A program made the position numbers and the translations under genes. A stretch of 64,000 nt of DNA. Source: Candidatus Moraniibacteriota bacterium (GTDB lineage Bacteria > Patescibacteriota > Minisyncoccia > Moranbacterales > UBA2206). Of the stretch, positions 1-9,042 are shown one piece after another. How positions within the stretch are numbered: position 1 is the first letter of the stretch; each line of letters starts with the position of its first letter. The stretch is from contig JBAXKA010000002.1 in the NCBI GenBank assembly GCA_037137555.1, positions 3,133 through 67,132 of the forward strand. Reading direction: 5' to 3'. The notes beneath the pieces were generated by a model. That model ran no database searches. It was given only the letters and a program-made list of their open reading frames with translations, and was not told where the DNA came from.

Positions 1-553
1 GGGAGAAAAAGACAAGCTTTTTTTTAAGCAGATTGTGAAAAAATATAAATTTAAAAAAATCTTAAGCATAATTTCTGGCGGAAAAGAAAGGCAAGATTCT
101 AGTTATGCTGGAATTGATTTTGTGGATAGTTTTGCTGATAAGAATAAACAAAATAAAGCTAACTTGATTTTACTTTTTCACAATGGAGCAAATCCTTTTG
201 TAACTCAGGCGGAGATTTCTGCTTGTATTGCTGAAGCCAAGAAACGCGGAGCTTGTGCCGTGGCGCACAAAACTAAAGATACAATTCGTGAAGTCAATGC
301 TCATGGAATTTCTATGCAAGTGCTGGACCGATCAAAACTTTGGAATATGCAAACTCCTCAAGCGATTAAATTTACCCTCGCCAAAAAAGCTTTTCAAAAA
401 GCTAACACGGAAAATTTCTTGGGCACAGACGATGTTAGTTTGGTGGAAAGATTGGGAGGGAAAGTCAAAATAATTGAAGCTTCAAAAAATAATTTTAAAC
501 TAACAACACCGCTTGATCTGGAATTGGCCAAAATAATTCTGAAAAAGCGTTAA
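1..553 (+). CDS. ispD: 2-C-methyl-D-erythritol 4-phosphate cytidylyltransferase (5'-truncated by window edge)
   Basis: Motifs GGKERQDS, HNGANPF, DRSKLWNMQTPQ, TDDVSLVE, NFKLTTPLDL; the frame is open from position 2, so the true start lies upstream of the window; next to ispF/ispE. Confidence 0.93.
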   Translation, partial: GEKDKLFFKQIVKKYKFKKILSIISGGKERQDSSYAGIDFVDSFADKNKQNKANLILLFHNGANPFVTQAEISACIAEAKKRGACAVAHKTKDTIREVNAHGISMQVLDRSKLWNMQTPQAIKFTLAKKAFQKANTENFLGTDDVSLVERLGGKVKIIEASKNNFKLTTPLDLELAKIILKKR

Positions 554-561
554 AAAAATTT

Positions 562-1050
562 ATGTTTCGTATTGGCTTTGGACAAGACTCTCATCGATTT
601 TCAAAAGATGAGCATAAAAAATTAATTTTAGGTGGCTTGGAAATTGCAGGCGAAAAAGGCTTGGAAGCCAATTCAGATGGCGATTTAATTTTGCACGCAC
701 TTTGTTCGGCTATCGAACAAGCCTTGGGTCGAAGTTTTTTTTCAGTTTATGCTGATGAACTTTGCAAAAATGGCATCACCAACAGTGGCGAATATTTAAA
801 AATCGCACTAGTTCACATCAAAGAAGCTGGCTATGTTATTAATAATTTAGGCGTTTCAATTGAAGCTAAAAAACCCAAGATTCTTCCACTCGAAGAGCAA
901 ATTAAAAACAACTTGGCTAAAATATTAAAACTAGAGAAAAATAAAATTGGCATCAATGCAACGACTGGTGAGGAATTGACTAGTTTTGGAAAAGGCGAGG
1001 GCATGCAAGTATTTGTAATTATTAGCTTAATCAAAGATGAAAAAAATTAA
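562..1050 (+). CDS. ispF: 2-C-methyl-D-erythritol 2,4-cyclodiphosphate synthase
   Basis: MFRIGFGQDSHRF, SDGDLILHAL, ATTGEELTSFGKGEG motifs. Confidence 0.96.
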   Translation: MFRIGFGQDSHRFSKDEHKKLILGGLEIAGEKGLEANSDGDLILHALCSAIEQALGRSFFSVYADELCKNGITNSGEYLKIALVHIKEAGYVINNLGVSIEAKKPKILPLEEQIKNNLAKILKLEKNKIGINATTGEELTSFGKGEGMQVFVIISLIKDEKN

Positions 1051-1882
1051 AGCCCAATCTCCAGCCAAAATAAATTTAACGCTGGAAGTAATAAAAAAAC
1101 TGCCTAATGGTTTTCATGAACTTCGCACTATTATGCTTAAAACAAAGAATCTTTTTGATGAAATTGAAATTATTTTTGCTGAAAATAAAACCGGCATTGA
1201 AATTATTTGTGATAATCCGGCGGTTCCAAAAGACGAAAAAAATATTTGCTGGAAAATCGCCGAACAATTTTTTAAAGCAACAAAACAACGAGTGGGATTG
1301 ATAATAAAAATTAAAAAGAATATTCCACTTGCTTCTGGCATGGGTGGAGGCAGTTCTAATGGTGCCGTGGTAATTTTGGCACTTAATGCTTATTATAAAA
1401 ATATTTTATCCGAAAAAAAACTTGTGGAACTTGCCAGTGCAGTGGGAAAAGATATTCCTTTTTTTATTTCCAAAGCTACTGTGGCTTATATTTCTGGAAT
1501 GGGCGAAAAAATTAAACCACTGAAAAAATTTCCCCAATTAAATATTTTATTAATCAATCCGGCTGGTGAAATTTCCACGCCATGGGCATATTCCCAGTTA
1601 GATCAAGATTTAATTTTCATGAATGATTTTAATAGAAAAAATATCTCTCAAGCATTTATAAAAAATAACTGTTTATATAATGATTTTTCAATTATCGCTA
1701 AGAAAAAATATCCTGAAATTGAAACTCTGGAAAAAGCGTTGTTAACTTTTGGTGCAATAGGCACTTCGATTAGTGGAAAAGGACCGACGGTTTTTGGAAT
1801 TTTTTCCACAAAAAAAACCGCACTTCGAGCAAAAAATATTCTTAAAAAATATTACCCACAATTTTTTATTGAGCTAGCTTGA
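1037..1882 (+). CDS. ispE: 4-diphosphocytidyl-2-C-methyl-D-erythritol kinase
   Basis: PAKINLTL, KNIPLASGMGGGSSNG (GHMP kinase), SGKGPTVFG. Confidence 0.95.
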   Translation: MKKIKAQSPAKINLTLEVIKKLPNGFHELRTIMLKTKNLFDEIEIIFAENKTGIEIICDNPAVPKDEKNICWKIAEQFFKATKQRVGLIIKIKKNIPLASGMGGGSSNGAVVILALNAYYKNILSEKKLVELASAVGKDIPFFISKATVAYISGMGEKIKPLKKFPQLNILLINPAGEISTPWAYSQLDQDLIFMNDFNRKNISQAFIKNNCLYNDFSIIAKKKYPEIETLEKALLTFGAIGTSISGKGPTVFGIFSTKKTALRAKNILKKYYPQFFIELA

Positions 1883-1894
1883 TGATGCGAATAT

Positions 1895-1923
1895 TTGACA
1901 CTACTATTAAACCTTGCTACCTT
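1895..1923 (+). promoter_or_regulatory. sigma70-type promoter for DHH gene
   Basis: TTGACA-17 bp-TACCTT with extended -10 TG. Confidence 0.6.
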
Positions 1924-1960
1924 GGAATACTACCTAGAAAGCTAATTTTCATTTTTCCCT

Positions 1961-3088
1961 ATGAGTCTGCCACCCCAAGAACAATTTCACAAATTTATTA
2001 CGAATGCCAAAAATGTAATTATATTTATGCCTGATAATCCGGGTTTTGACGCTATCGGAAGTGCCTGGGCGTTAAACTTTTTTCTGGAAAATAATAATAT
2101 TCTTGCCACGATTGTTTCAATTAAGCCACTGGCTGAAAATAAATTCAATTTTCTTCCTCACCCAAAAAACATTACTACTGAAATCTCTGGTGCACGAGAA
2201 TTTGTTTTGTCTTTTGATACTAGTCGCAACAAAATTCTTGGCTTGCGTCAAGAAACAATTGGTACGGCTTTCAATGTTTATCTTACTCCAGAAAAAGGCT
2301 CGATTGATCCACGCGACTTTTCTTTTATTTTAGCCAAATTCAAATATGATTTAATTGTTGTTTTTGACAGTCCAGATTTAGAAAGCCTGGGAAATCTTTA
2401 TCTTAATAATTCTGACTTATTTTTTGAAGTGCCGGTAATTAATATTGATCATCATAGTAACAATGAAAATTTTGGTCAGATTAATTTGGTTGATATTACA
2501 GCTTCATCTTGTGCGGAAATTCTAAAATCAAGTTTAGAAAATATTTCTCCTTCCAGTTTTGATAAAAATATTGCCACTTGTCTTATGACGGGAATTATTG
2601 GTGCAACTGGAAATTTTCAAAAGAAAAACACCACACCAAAAGCTCTTTTAGCAGCAGCTGATCTTATGGATAAAGGCGCTGATCAACAAGGCATCGTTCG
2701 TTGGCTCTATAAAACACAGCCACTTGCTATATTAAAATTACTTGGGCGAGTTATGAGTAAGCTAAATTGGGAAGAAAAAACTAAATTAGCTTGGGCCAAT
2801 TTAACCTTAGAAGATTTTGTGCAAAGTCGAAATACACCAGAAAGCTTGCCAATAATTTTGGAAAAATTACAAGAAAATTATAGCGATGGTCAAATTTTTA
2901 TGCTCCTCTATAATGACACACCAGTTACCACATTGGCTTTTATCAGAATTAGTGATATTGAACTTTTACGAAAACTTGCAACACTTTTTAATGTCCCAAC
3001 TCATGCTGAATTTTTGAAAATTAAATTACCCGAGAGCGATTTATCCTTGGTAGCAAAAATCATTCAAGATAAAATTGAAAATATCTAA
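1961..3088 (+). CDS. DHH family phosphoesterase-like protein (NrnA-like, degenerate motif I)
   Basis: IDHH motif, ASSCAEI, IATCLMTGI; motif I reads PDNPGFDAIGS instead of HxxPDxD. Confidence 0.8.
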   Translation: MSLPPQEQFHKFITNAKNVIIFMPDNPGFDAIGSAWALNFFLENNNILATIVSIKPLAENKFNFLPHPKNITTEISGAREFVLSFDTSRNKILGLRQETIGTAFNVYLTPEKGSIDPRDFSFILAKFKYDLIVVFDSPDLESLGNLYLNNSDLFFEVPVINIDHHSNNENFGQINLVDITASSCAEILKSSLENISPSSFDKNIATCLMTGIIGATGNFQKKNTTPKALLAAADLMDKGADQQGIVRWLYKTQPLAILKLLGRVMSKLNWEEKTKLAWANLTLEDFVQSRNTPESLPIILEKLQENYSDGQIFMLLYNDTPVTTLAFIRISDIELLRKLATLFNVPTHAEFLKIKLPESDLSLVAKIIQDKIENI

Positions 3089-3105
3089 ACACGAGAAGAA
3101 TTTTT

Positions 3106-3145
3106 AAAAAACAAGCTTAAAAAAATTAGCTTGTTTTTTGTTTTT
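3106..3145 (+). terminator. intrinsic terminator
   Basis: AAAAAACAAGCT/AGCTTGTTTTTT inverted repeat followed by a T tract after the DHH stop. Confidence 0.65.
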
Positions 3146-3215
3146 TGTTTTCATGCTAAAATAAAAATAAAGTTATTAAAAATAAAATTTGCGTAGTTAA
3201 TGAGTCTAAAAAAAT

Positions 3216-6200
3216 ATGATAAAAATTACAAAGAAGGCCACTGGAACAGAAGAAGAAAAAAAAGCTATTTCCAATAAATTAGTTGCGAATGTGCAACATC
3301 ACTCAGAAGAAGAAGAGACATCTAAATTTGCTGACACGCTTGAATTGCCTTATATTGACACCAATATCGTGCCTATTTCTGTTGATAGCTTGAAATTATT
3401 AACCGAACAAGATGCACGAAAATTTAGCATAGCCACTATTCAAAGAAAGGGCAAACTCGTGACAGTTGTTGCGACTGATCCAACAAAAGAAGCTACAAAA
3501 GAATTTCTCAAAAATTTTTCTGAAAAGTTAGGAGTAAAAATAAAACTCTTTGTTATTTCTCACTACAACTTTGAAAAAGTTTTAGAAAAATATAAAAAGA
3601 TTATTTTTTCTGAAGTTCTTGATCAATTAAATTTAACTATTTCTGACAAAGATTTAAGTGCGTTTGAAGTGGCTCTTAAAAATTTAGTCACGCTCAAAGA
3701 AAGAGTCAAAGAAATGCCTATAACCGAGGTAATGAATATTATGATGGCCGGAGCATACACACTCGGAGCATCTGATGTGCATATTGAGCCGGGAGAAAAC
3801 GAATTCCGCTTGCGTTATCGTATTGACGGTGTTTTGCAAGATGTGGCTTTTTTTCCATTAAATATCCATAAAAGAATTGCCACCAGAATTAAAATGATGT
3901 CTGGCATGAAACTTAATCTAGCCGATATGGCCCAAGACGGAACATTTGAAGTTAATTTGGCGGACAAAAAAATTGCCATTCGTGCATCTTCTATTCCTGG
4001 CAGTTTTGGCGAATCAATTGTAATGCGACTTCTTGATCCTGATTCAATTAAAGTTAATATTGAACAGTTGGGCTTGCAAGGCCTTGCTTATGAAATAATT
4101 CAAAGACAAATTGAAGCCCCTAATGGCATGATTCTCACAACAGGACCAACTGGCAGTGGAAAAACAACAACACTTTACGCCATCATCAATAAATTAAATA
4201 CGCCGGACAAAAAAATTATTACGATTGAAGATCCGATTGAGTATCAACTAAAAGGCGTTTCTCAAACTCAAATCGAAAGATCGCGTGGTTATACTTTTGC
4301 TACTGGTCTGCGGGCAATTGTGCGACAAGATCCAGATATTATTTTGGTTGGTGAAATTCGTGATGATGAAACTGCTGACATTGCTATTAATTCTGCCCTC
4401 ACTGGTCATCTCGTGCTTTCCACCTTTCACACAAATAGTGCGATCGCTTCCATTCCTCGTCTCGTTGAAATGGGTGTTAAACCATCTTTTATTGCACCAG
4501 CCGTTAATGCCATTATTGGACAACGCTTAGTGCGAAAACTCTGTGACTGCAAAGAAGAATATATACCAGCCAAAGAAACCACCGACTCATTAAAAAAAGT
4601 ATTATCCATTATTTCTCCCCGAGCTAAAGTAGATATTCCTAAAAATATTGAAAAACTTTATCGACCAAAAGGCTGTCTCAAATGTGGCAATACCGGCTAT
4701 AAAGGTCGTATGGGAATTTTTGAAGTATTAACGCTCAGTCCCGAAACAGAAAAATTAATTCTTGATTTAGCTGGAGAAACAGAAATCACAATGGCCGTTC
4801 TGGAAGAAGGTATGGTGACAATGCTTCAAGATGGAATCCTAAAAGCTGTTACGGGCATCACTTCAATCGACGAAGTAAAAAAAGTGACCGGTCAAGGAGA
4901 ATTTTTAGAAAATATCTATGAAAAATTAATGTCTCAATTGTTGGGAAGTAGCTTGCCCATTAAAAAAGAATTTTATACTAAAACAGAAGCTTGCGTAAAT
5001 GATTTTTCCAAAATGCAAACACTTTTAACGGGAACAAAAATCACCGATACCATAAAAATTATTTTTTCCGCCGCTCAAATTCTTGGTGTTGGAGATATTC
5101 ATATTGAACCGGAAAAGGAAAGTGTTAAGATTCGTTTTCGTATTGATGGAATTTTGCAAACAGTCGCTTCACTTCCACTCACGGAATATACAACTTTTCT
5201 AGGACAAATTAAATTGCTCAGTGGTGTAAAAACAGAGGCGAGACAAGGCGTCATTGATAGTCGTTTTAGTATTAGTTTTGATGAAGAGTTAGTTGAATTA
5301 AAAGAAAAATCAGTTGACATTCGTGTTTCAATTATTCTTGGTGGTTTTGGTGAAACAGTTGTAATGCGACTACTCAGTAAATCTTCTGTGGAATTAAACT
5401 TGGACAAGCTGGGCATCAGAAAACAAAATCTGGAAAAAATTAAACGAGAAGTTTCAAAACCCAATGGTGTGGTTTTAAATACCGGACCAACTGGTAGTGG
5501 AAAAACGACAACGCTCTATGCTATTTTAAATTTAATTAAAAATCCAGAAATAAAAATCATCACCGTGGAAGATCCAATTGAATATCAAATGGAAGGAATT
5601 TTGCAAACTCCTGTTAGTGAAAAAGATGGTTATACTTTTTCCACAGCTCTTCGGGCTCTGCTTCGTCAAAATCCAGATATTATGATGATTGGTGAAATCC
5701 GCGATAATGAAACGGCGCTAATTGCTGTTCAAGCAGCGCTAACTGGTCATCTTGTGCTTTCTACTTTGCATACCAATAATGCTTCTGGCGCAGTTGCCAG
5801 AATGCTCAATATGGGCGTGAAACCGGAAGATATTGTCTCTGGTGTTAATGCTTTTATCGCACAACGACTTGTGCGCACTCTTTGTGATTGCAAAACAAAA
5901 ATTGCTCCCACTGAAGAAGAAAAACAAAAAATCGAAACAGTCCTAAAAACTATTAGTCCAAAAACACAAGTTGAAATTCCGCAATTAACCGAAATATATA
6001 AACCCAATGGCTGTGATAAATGCAATCACATTGGCTATAAGGGTCGCACAACAATTAGTGAAATATTTTTGCTCTCGCGTGAAATTCAAGAAGCAATTAT
6101 GCGTGGAGCTATTACTTCAGAACTTAATCAAAAAGCCATGGAAGAAGGCATGATCACAATGCCACAAGATGGAATTTTGAAAGTGTTGGAAGGTGAAACA

Positions 6201-6236
6201 ACATTAGAAGAGGTGGAGCGAGTAACCGAAATTTAG
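3216..6236 (+). CDS. pilB: type IV pilus/T2SS assembly ATPase (PilB/GspE family) with two tandem ATPase modules
   Basis: Two copies each of D(V/I)HIEP, R(Y/F)RIDG, GPTGSGKTTTLY, EDPIEY, RQ(D/N)PDI..GEIRD, TGHLVLST.HTN and CxC...CxxC zinc motifs. Confidence 0.9.
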   Translation: MIKITKKATGTEEEKKAISNKLVANVQHHSEEEETSKFADTLELPYIDTNIVPISVDSLKLLTEQDARKFSIATIQRKGKLVTVVATDPTKEATKEFLKNFSEKLGVKIKLFVISHYNFEKVLEKYKKIIFSEVLDQLNLTISDKDLSAFEVALKNLVTLKERVKEMPITEVMNIMMAGAYTLGASDVHIEPGENEFRLRYRIDGVLQDVAFFPLNIHKRIATRIKMMSGMKLNLADMAQDGTFEVNLADKKIAIRASSIPGSFGESIVMRLLDPDSIKVNIEQLGLQGLAYEIIQRQIEAPNGMILTTGPTGSGKTTTLYAIINKLNTPDKKIITIEDPIEYQLKGVSQTQIERSRGYTFATGLRAIVRQDPDIILVGEIRDDETADIAINSALTGHLVLSTFHTNSAIASIPRLVEMGVKPSFIAPAVNAIIGQRLVRKLCDCKEEYIPAKETTDSLKKVLSIISPRAKVDIPKNIEKLYRPKGCLKCGNTGYKGRMGIFEVLTLSPETEKLILDLAGETEITMAVLEEGMVTMLQDGILKAVTGITSIDEVKKVTGQGEFLENIYEKLMSQLLGSSLPIKKEFYTKTEACVNDFSKMQTLLTGTKITDTIKIIFSAAQILGVGDIHIEPEKESVKIRFRIDGILQTVASLPLTEYTTFLGQIKLLSGVKTEARQGVIDSRFSISFDEELVELKEKSVDIRVSIILGGFGETVVMRLLSKSSVELNLDKLGIRKQNLEKIKREVSKPNGVVLNTGPTGSGKTTTLYAILNLIKNPEIKIITVEDPIEYQMEGILQTPVSEKDGYTFSTALRALLRQNPDIMMIGEIRDNETALIAVQAALTGHLVLSTLHTNNASGAVARMLNMGVKPEDIVSGVNAFIAQRLVRTLCDCKTKIAPTEEEKQKIETVLKTISPKTQVEIPQLTEIYKPNGCDKCNHIGYKGRTTISEIFLLSREIQEAIMRGAITSELNQKAMEEGMITMPQDGILKVLEGETTLEEVERVTEI

Positions 6237-6445
6237 TAATAATCTGCAGGCAAAACTCTCGAACTAGGAGCCCAAGAAAAGGAACTGTATCGAGGAATAA
6301 CTCAGCCAATTTGCTAAGAGCAAACTAACCATTTTACCCATGTCTTGAAAAAAGTTCCCCATATTGATGACAAAAGATAGAAGTCACCAATTGCCTGCAA
6401 TTTACTGCTAGCCACTGTTTTTTAATAAAAATAATAAAACACTGA
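6235..6445 (-). ncRNA. candidate structured ncRNA (four-way junction, 6S-sized)
   Basis: Own promoter at 6452-6480; stems 6245-6253/6391-6399, 6256-6265/6269-6278, 6279-6286/6353-6360, 6303-6315/6319-6331, 6364-6371/6383-6390, whose non-Watson-Crick positions are G-U pairs on the minus strand; no ORF. Confidence 0.6.
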
Positions 6446-6451
6446 CTTGTC

Positions 6452-6480
6452 AATCTAGCATGTCCTTGGAGTTTTGTCAA
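6452..6480 (-). promoter_or_regulatory. sigma70 promoter driving the candidate ncRNA
   Basis: TTGACA (6480-6475)-17 bp-TAGATT (6457-6452) with extended -10 TG. Confidence 0.7.
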
Positions 6481-6494
6481 ATCAGGTATATACT
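6466..6494 (+). promoter_or_regulatory. ruvB promoter (leaderless transcript likely)
   Basis: TTGGAG-17 bp-TATACT, with ATG 7 nt downstream at 6502. Confidence 0.55.
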
Positions 6495-6501
6495 GTTTTT
6501 A

Positions 6502-7500
6502 ATGATTACAAACTCCCACGAACAAATTGAAGACTTGAATCTAGACAATACTTTGCGTCCGCAAAGCTTTTTGGAATATGTTGGACAAGAGAAAGTTAAA
6601 AAAAATCTGGATATTCTTATTCAAGCTGCCAAAAAAAGACAAGAACAAATTGAACATGTTCTATTATATGGTCCGGCCGGATTAGGCAAAACAACGCTGG
6701 CTAATATTATCGCCAAAGAATTGGGCGTAAGCATTAAAACGACTTCTGGTCCAGCGATTGAAAGAGTTGGTGATTTTGGATCCATTCTCACAAATTTGCA
6801 AGACGGCGATATTCTTTTTATTGATGAAATTCATCGCTTAAATAAATCCATCGAGGAAGTGCTTTATCCGGCCATGGAAGATTTTAAATTAGATATTGTT
6901 ATTGGCAAAGGTCCATCAGCACGCACCATTCAATTGGATTTGCCAAAATTTACCCTGATTGGAGCAACCACAAAACTGGGATCACTTTCCAATCCACTGC
7001 GAAATCGTTTTGGTGCCATTCATCGTTTGGAATTTTATGAAACTGGTGAAATAGAAAGAATTTTGCGTCGTTCCGGAAAAATTTTAGCCGTGCCCGTTGA
7101 AGACACAGGACTTTCTGAAATTGCTAAATGTGCCAGATGCACACCTCGCGTTGCTAATCGTCTTTTGAAACGAGTGCGGGATTTTTCTCAAATAAAAAAT
7201 TACACCACAATTGATAGCGTCCGTGCCAGAGAAGCTTTGGAAATGATTGATGTTGATGAGTTGGGACTTGAACCGGCCGATAAACATATATTGCGCACGA
7301 TTATTGAAAAATTCGGTGGCGGTCCAGTGGGACTTTCCACTGTTGCCGCTGCTACTTCGGAAGAAATAAAAACCATCGAAGATGTTTATGAGCCTTATCT
7401 TTTGCAAATCGGTTTTCTCACTCGCACTCCACGCGGAAGAGTTGCCACTGAATCGGCTTATAAACATTTGGGCATTAAATTTCCAGACAAGGTGGTTTGA
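6502..7500 (+). CDS. ruvB: Holliday junction branch migration helicase RuvB
   Basis: [50 protein letters not shown]; start moved to the ATG at 6502. Confidence 0.98.
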   Translation: MITNSHEQIEDLNLDNTLRPQSFLEYVGQEKVKKNLDILIQAAKKRQEQIEHVLLYGPAGLGKTTLANIIAKELGVSIKTTSGPAIERVGDFGSILTNLQDGDILFIDEIHRLNKSIEEVLYPAMEDFKLDIVIGKGPSARTIQLDLPKFTLIGATTKLGSLSNPLRNRFGAIHRLEFYETGEIERILRRSGKILAVPVEDTGLSEIAKCARCTPRVANRLLKRVRDFSQIKNYTTIDSVRAREALEMIDVDELGLEPADKHILRTIIEKFGGGPVGLSTVAAATSEEIKTIEDVYEPYLLQIGFLTRTPRGRVATESAYKHLGIKFPDKVV

Positions 7501-7541
7501 ATTTTATTTATTTTAATTTAATTTTTTTATATTATCTATTT

Positions 7542-7781
7542 ATGCTTGTCATTGTCATTGGTCTTTATGCTTTATTTGTTTTTAGCTTCATTTTAGTTTC
7601 TTTTTTTGTCGCCTATCATCTTGTCAAATTTTCAATCAATCAAAAATTTAGTCGCACTTTTGTTTTGCTTTTCCTAGTTGTTTCATTTTTCCTATTACTT
7701 TCCAATTTAGTTTTATTTTTTGCAGTTGATTGGAATGCAACTATCGCCAATTTTATTCCTAATAATTTCACTACTTTTTAA
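7542..7781 (+). CDS. small membrane protein
   Basis: Two hydrophobic helices; ATG at 7542 (ORF track uses TTG at 7497). Confidence 0.6.
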   Translation: MLVIVIGLYALFVFSFILVSFFVAYHLVKFSINQKFSRTFVLLFLVVSFFLLLSNLVLFFAVDWNATIANFIPNNFTTF

Positions 7782-7783
7782 TT

Positions 7784-8371
7784 ATGCAAACTTTCAATCA
7801 ATTTCATTTTAAAGGACAAAAGGACGGCGAAGAAATATTATTAGTCGTGCACAGGCATTGGTTTGATATTTTAAGCCAATTTTTTATTATCCTGATGATG
7901 CTTATTTTGCTTTTTAGTAGCCTAATTTTTGCCTCACCAATTTTAGATTTTTTCAATGGCAATGTCAGTATAAATTTTTTACTTTTTGCAGAAAATATTT
8001 TTTTTATTTTTATCTGGCTCTTTTTTTTCATCATTTGGATTGATTATTATTTTGATGTATGGATTGTGACAAATGAACGAATTGTTAATATTGAACAGTT
8101 TGGTCTTTTTTCTCGCGATGTCAGCGAATTAGAATTAGAAAATGTGCAAGATATAACTGTGGAAGTTTTGGGAATTATTCCAACTTTTCTTAACTATGGC
8201 CATCTCTATGTGCAAACGGCTGCTGAAAAAGAACGCTTTGTTTTTAAACATGTGCCAAATCCTTATACGATTAAAGATCTTGTGATGAACTTGCAAAAAA
8301 GCTATGAAAAAAAAGAAGCTAGCGATCTTGGTGCAGTCATTCGCAAAGAAATTCATGATGAATTGAATTAG
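7784..8371 (+). CDS. membrane-anchored bacterial PH-domain protein (bPH_2-like)
   Basis: Two TM helices, then WIVTNERIVNIEQFGLFSR...VQDITV...YGHLYVQTA. Confidence 0.75.
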   Translation: MQTFNQFHFKGQKDGEEILLVVHRHWFDILSQFFIILMMLILLFSSLIFASPILDFFNGNVSINFLLFAENIFFIFIWLFFFIIWIDYYFDVWIVTNERIVNIEQFGLFSRDVSELELENVQDITVEVLGIIPTFLNYGHLYVQTAAEKERFVFKHVPNPYTIKDLVMNLQKSYEKKEASDLGAVIRKEIHDELN

Positions 8372-8438
8372 TTAGTTTTAAAACTAATTATAATATGCTA
8401 TGCTTTAAAATAGTGGTTTAATTTTTACGAAACTAATA

Positions 8439-9038
8439 ATGAAAAATGAGATAAAAAACATTGAAAATGACTTAGAATTTGTAAGAAATATCTATTTTAA
8501 ACTTTTAGCTATTTTGCCAAGTTTTAACATTACTGATAGCAAGATATTGCCATATGGATTAAAGGCACACACAAGATCCGTGAGCTGGTTAGTTGAGCAA
8601 GTTATTACACAGCAAACAAAATATAATGCAAAAAAACTTGGCATTGATGATGTCAATTTTGATTTTCCTGACACTTCCTTGCATGATTGTGAAATAATTG
8701 TAGGTGGGAAAAGTTATTTTGTTAATATAAAAACCCACAATATAGTGGGGAAAGAAAATAAAAATGATATTTCTGCAGTAGAAAAACTTTATTTTCAATA
8801 TAGTGTCAATATGAATTACACGATAATTTACGCCTGCTTTGGTATTAAATTTGAAAATATAAATATAAGCTTCGTTAAGGATTATTTGGAAATTTTTTCA
8901 CCACAATTTTTGCCAATCTATATAAATCCAAGAAATGATAAAATTCAAGCAACTTACAGGCATGATCAAATCCATAGAACACGAGAAGAATTTTTAAGAA
9001 TGCTCCGAGAAAAATCAAAAAGTATTATTTTAAAATAA
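8439..9038 (+). CDS. putative type II restriction endonuclease (PD-(D/E)xK-like)
   Basis: Immediately upstream of a DNA methyltransferase; candidate catalytic pattern E...HDCEI...VNIKT; AT-rich. Confidence 0.55.
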   Translation: MKNEIKNIENDLEFVRNIYFKLLAILPSFNITDSKILPYGLKAHTRSVSWLVEQVITQQTKYNAKKLGIDDVNFDFPDTSLHDCEIIVGGKSYFVNIKTHNIVGKENKNDISAVEKLYFQYSVNMNYTIIYACFGIKFENINISFVKDYLEIFSPQFLPIYINPRNDKIQATYRHDQIHRTREEFLRMLREKSKSIILK

Positions 9039-9042
9039 AATT

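Noticed and set aside
6360-6392. Hairpin-ribozyme-like AGAAGUCA on the plus strand
   Set aside because: No matching N-GUC cleavage strand or loop B; the G-U pattern and promoter favour the minus strand
8369-8390. Palindrome TTAGTTTTAAAACTAA upstream of the R-M pair as an operator
   Set aside because: Almost entirely A/T and no controller gene present; chance cannot be excluded
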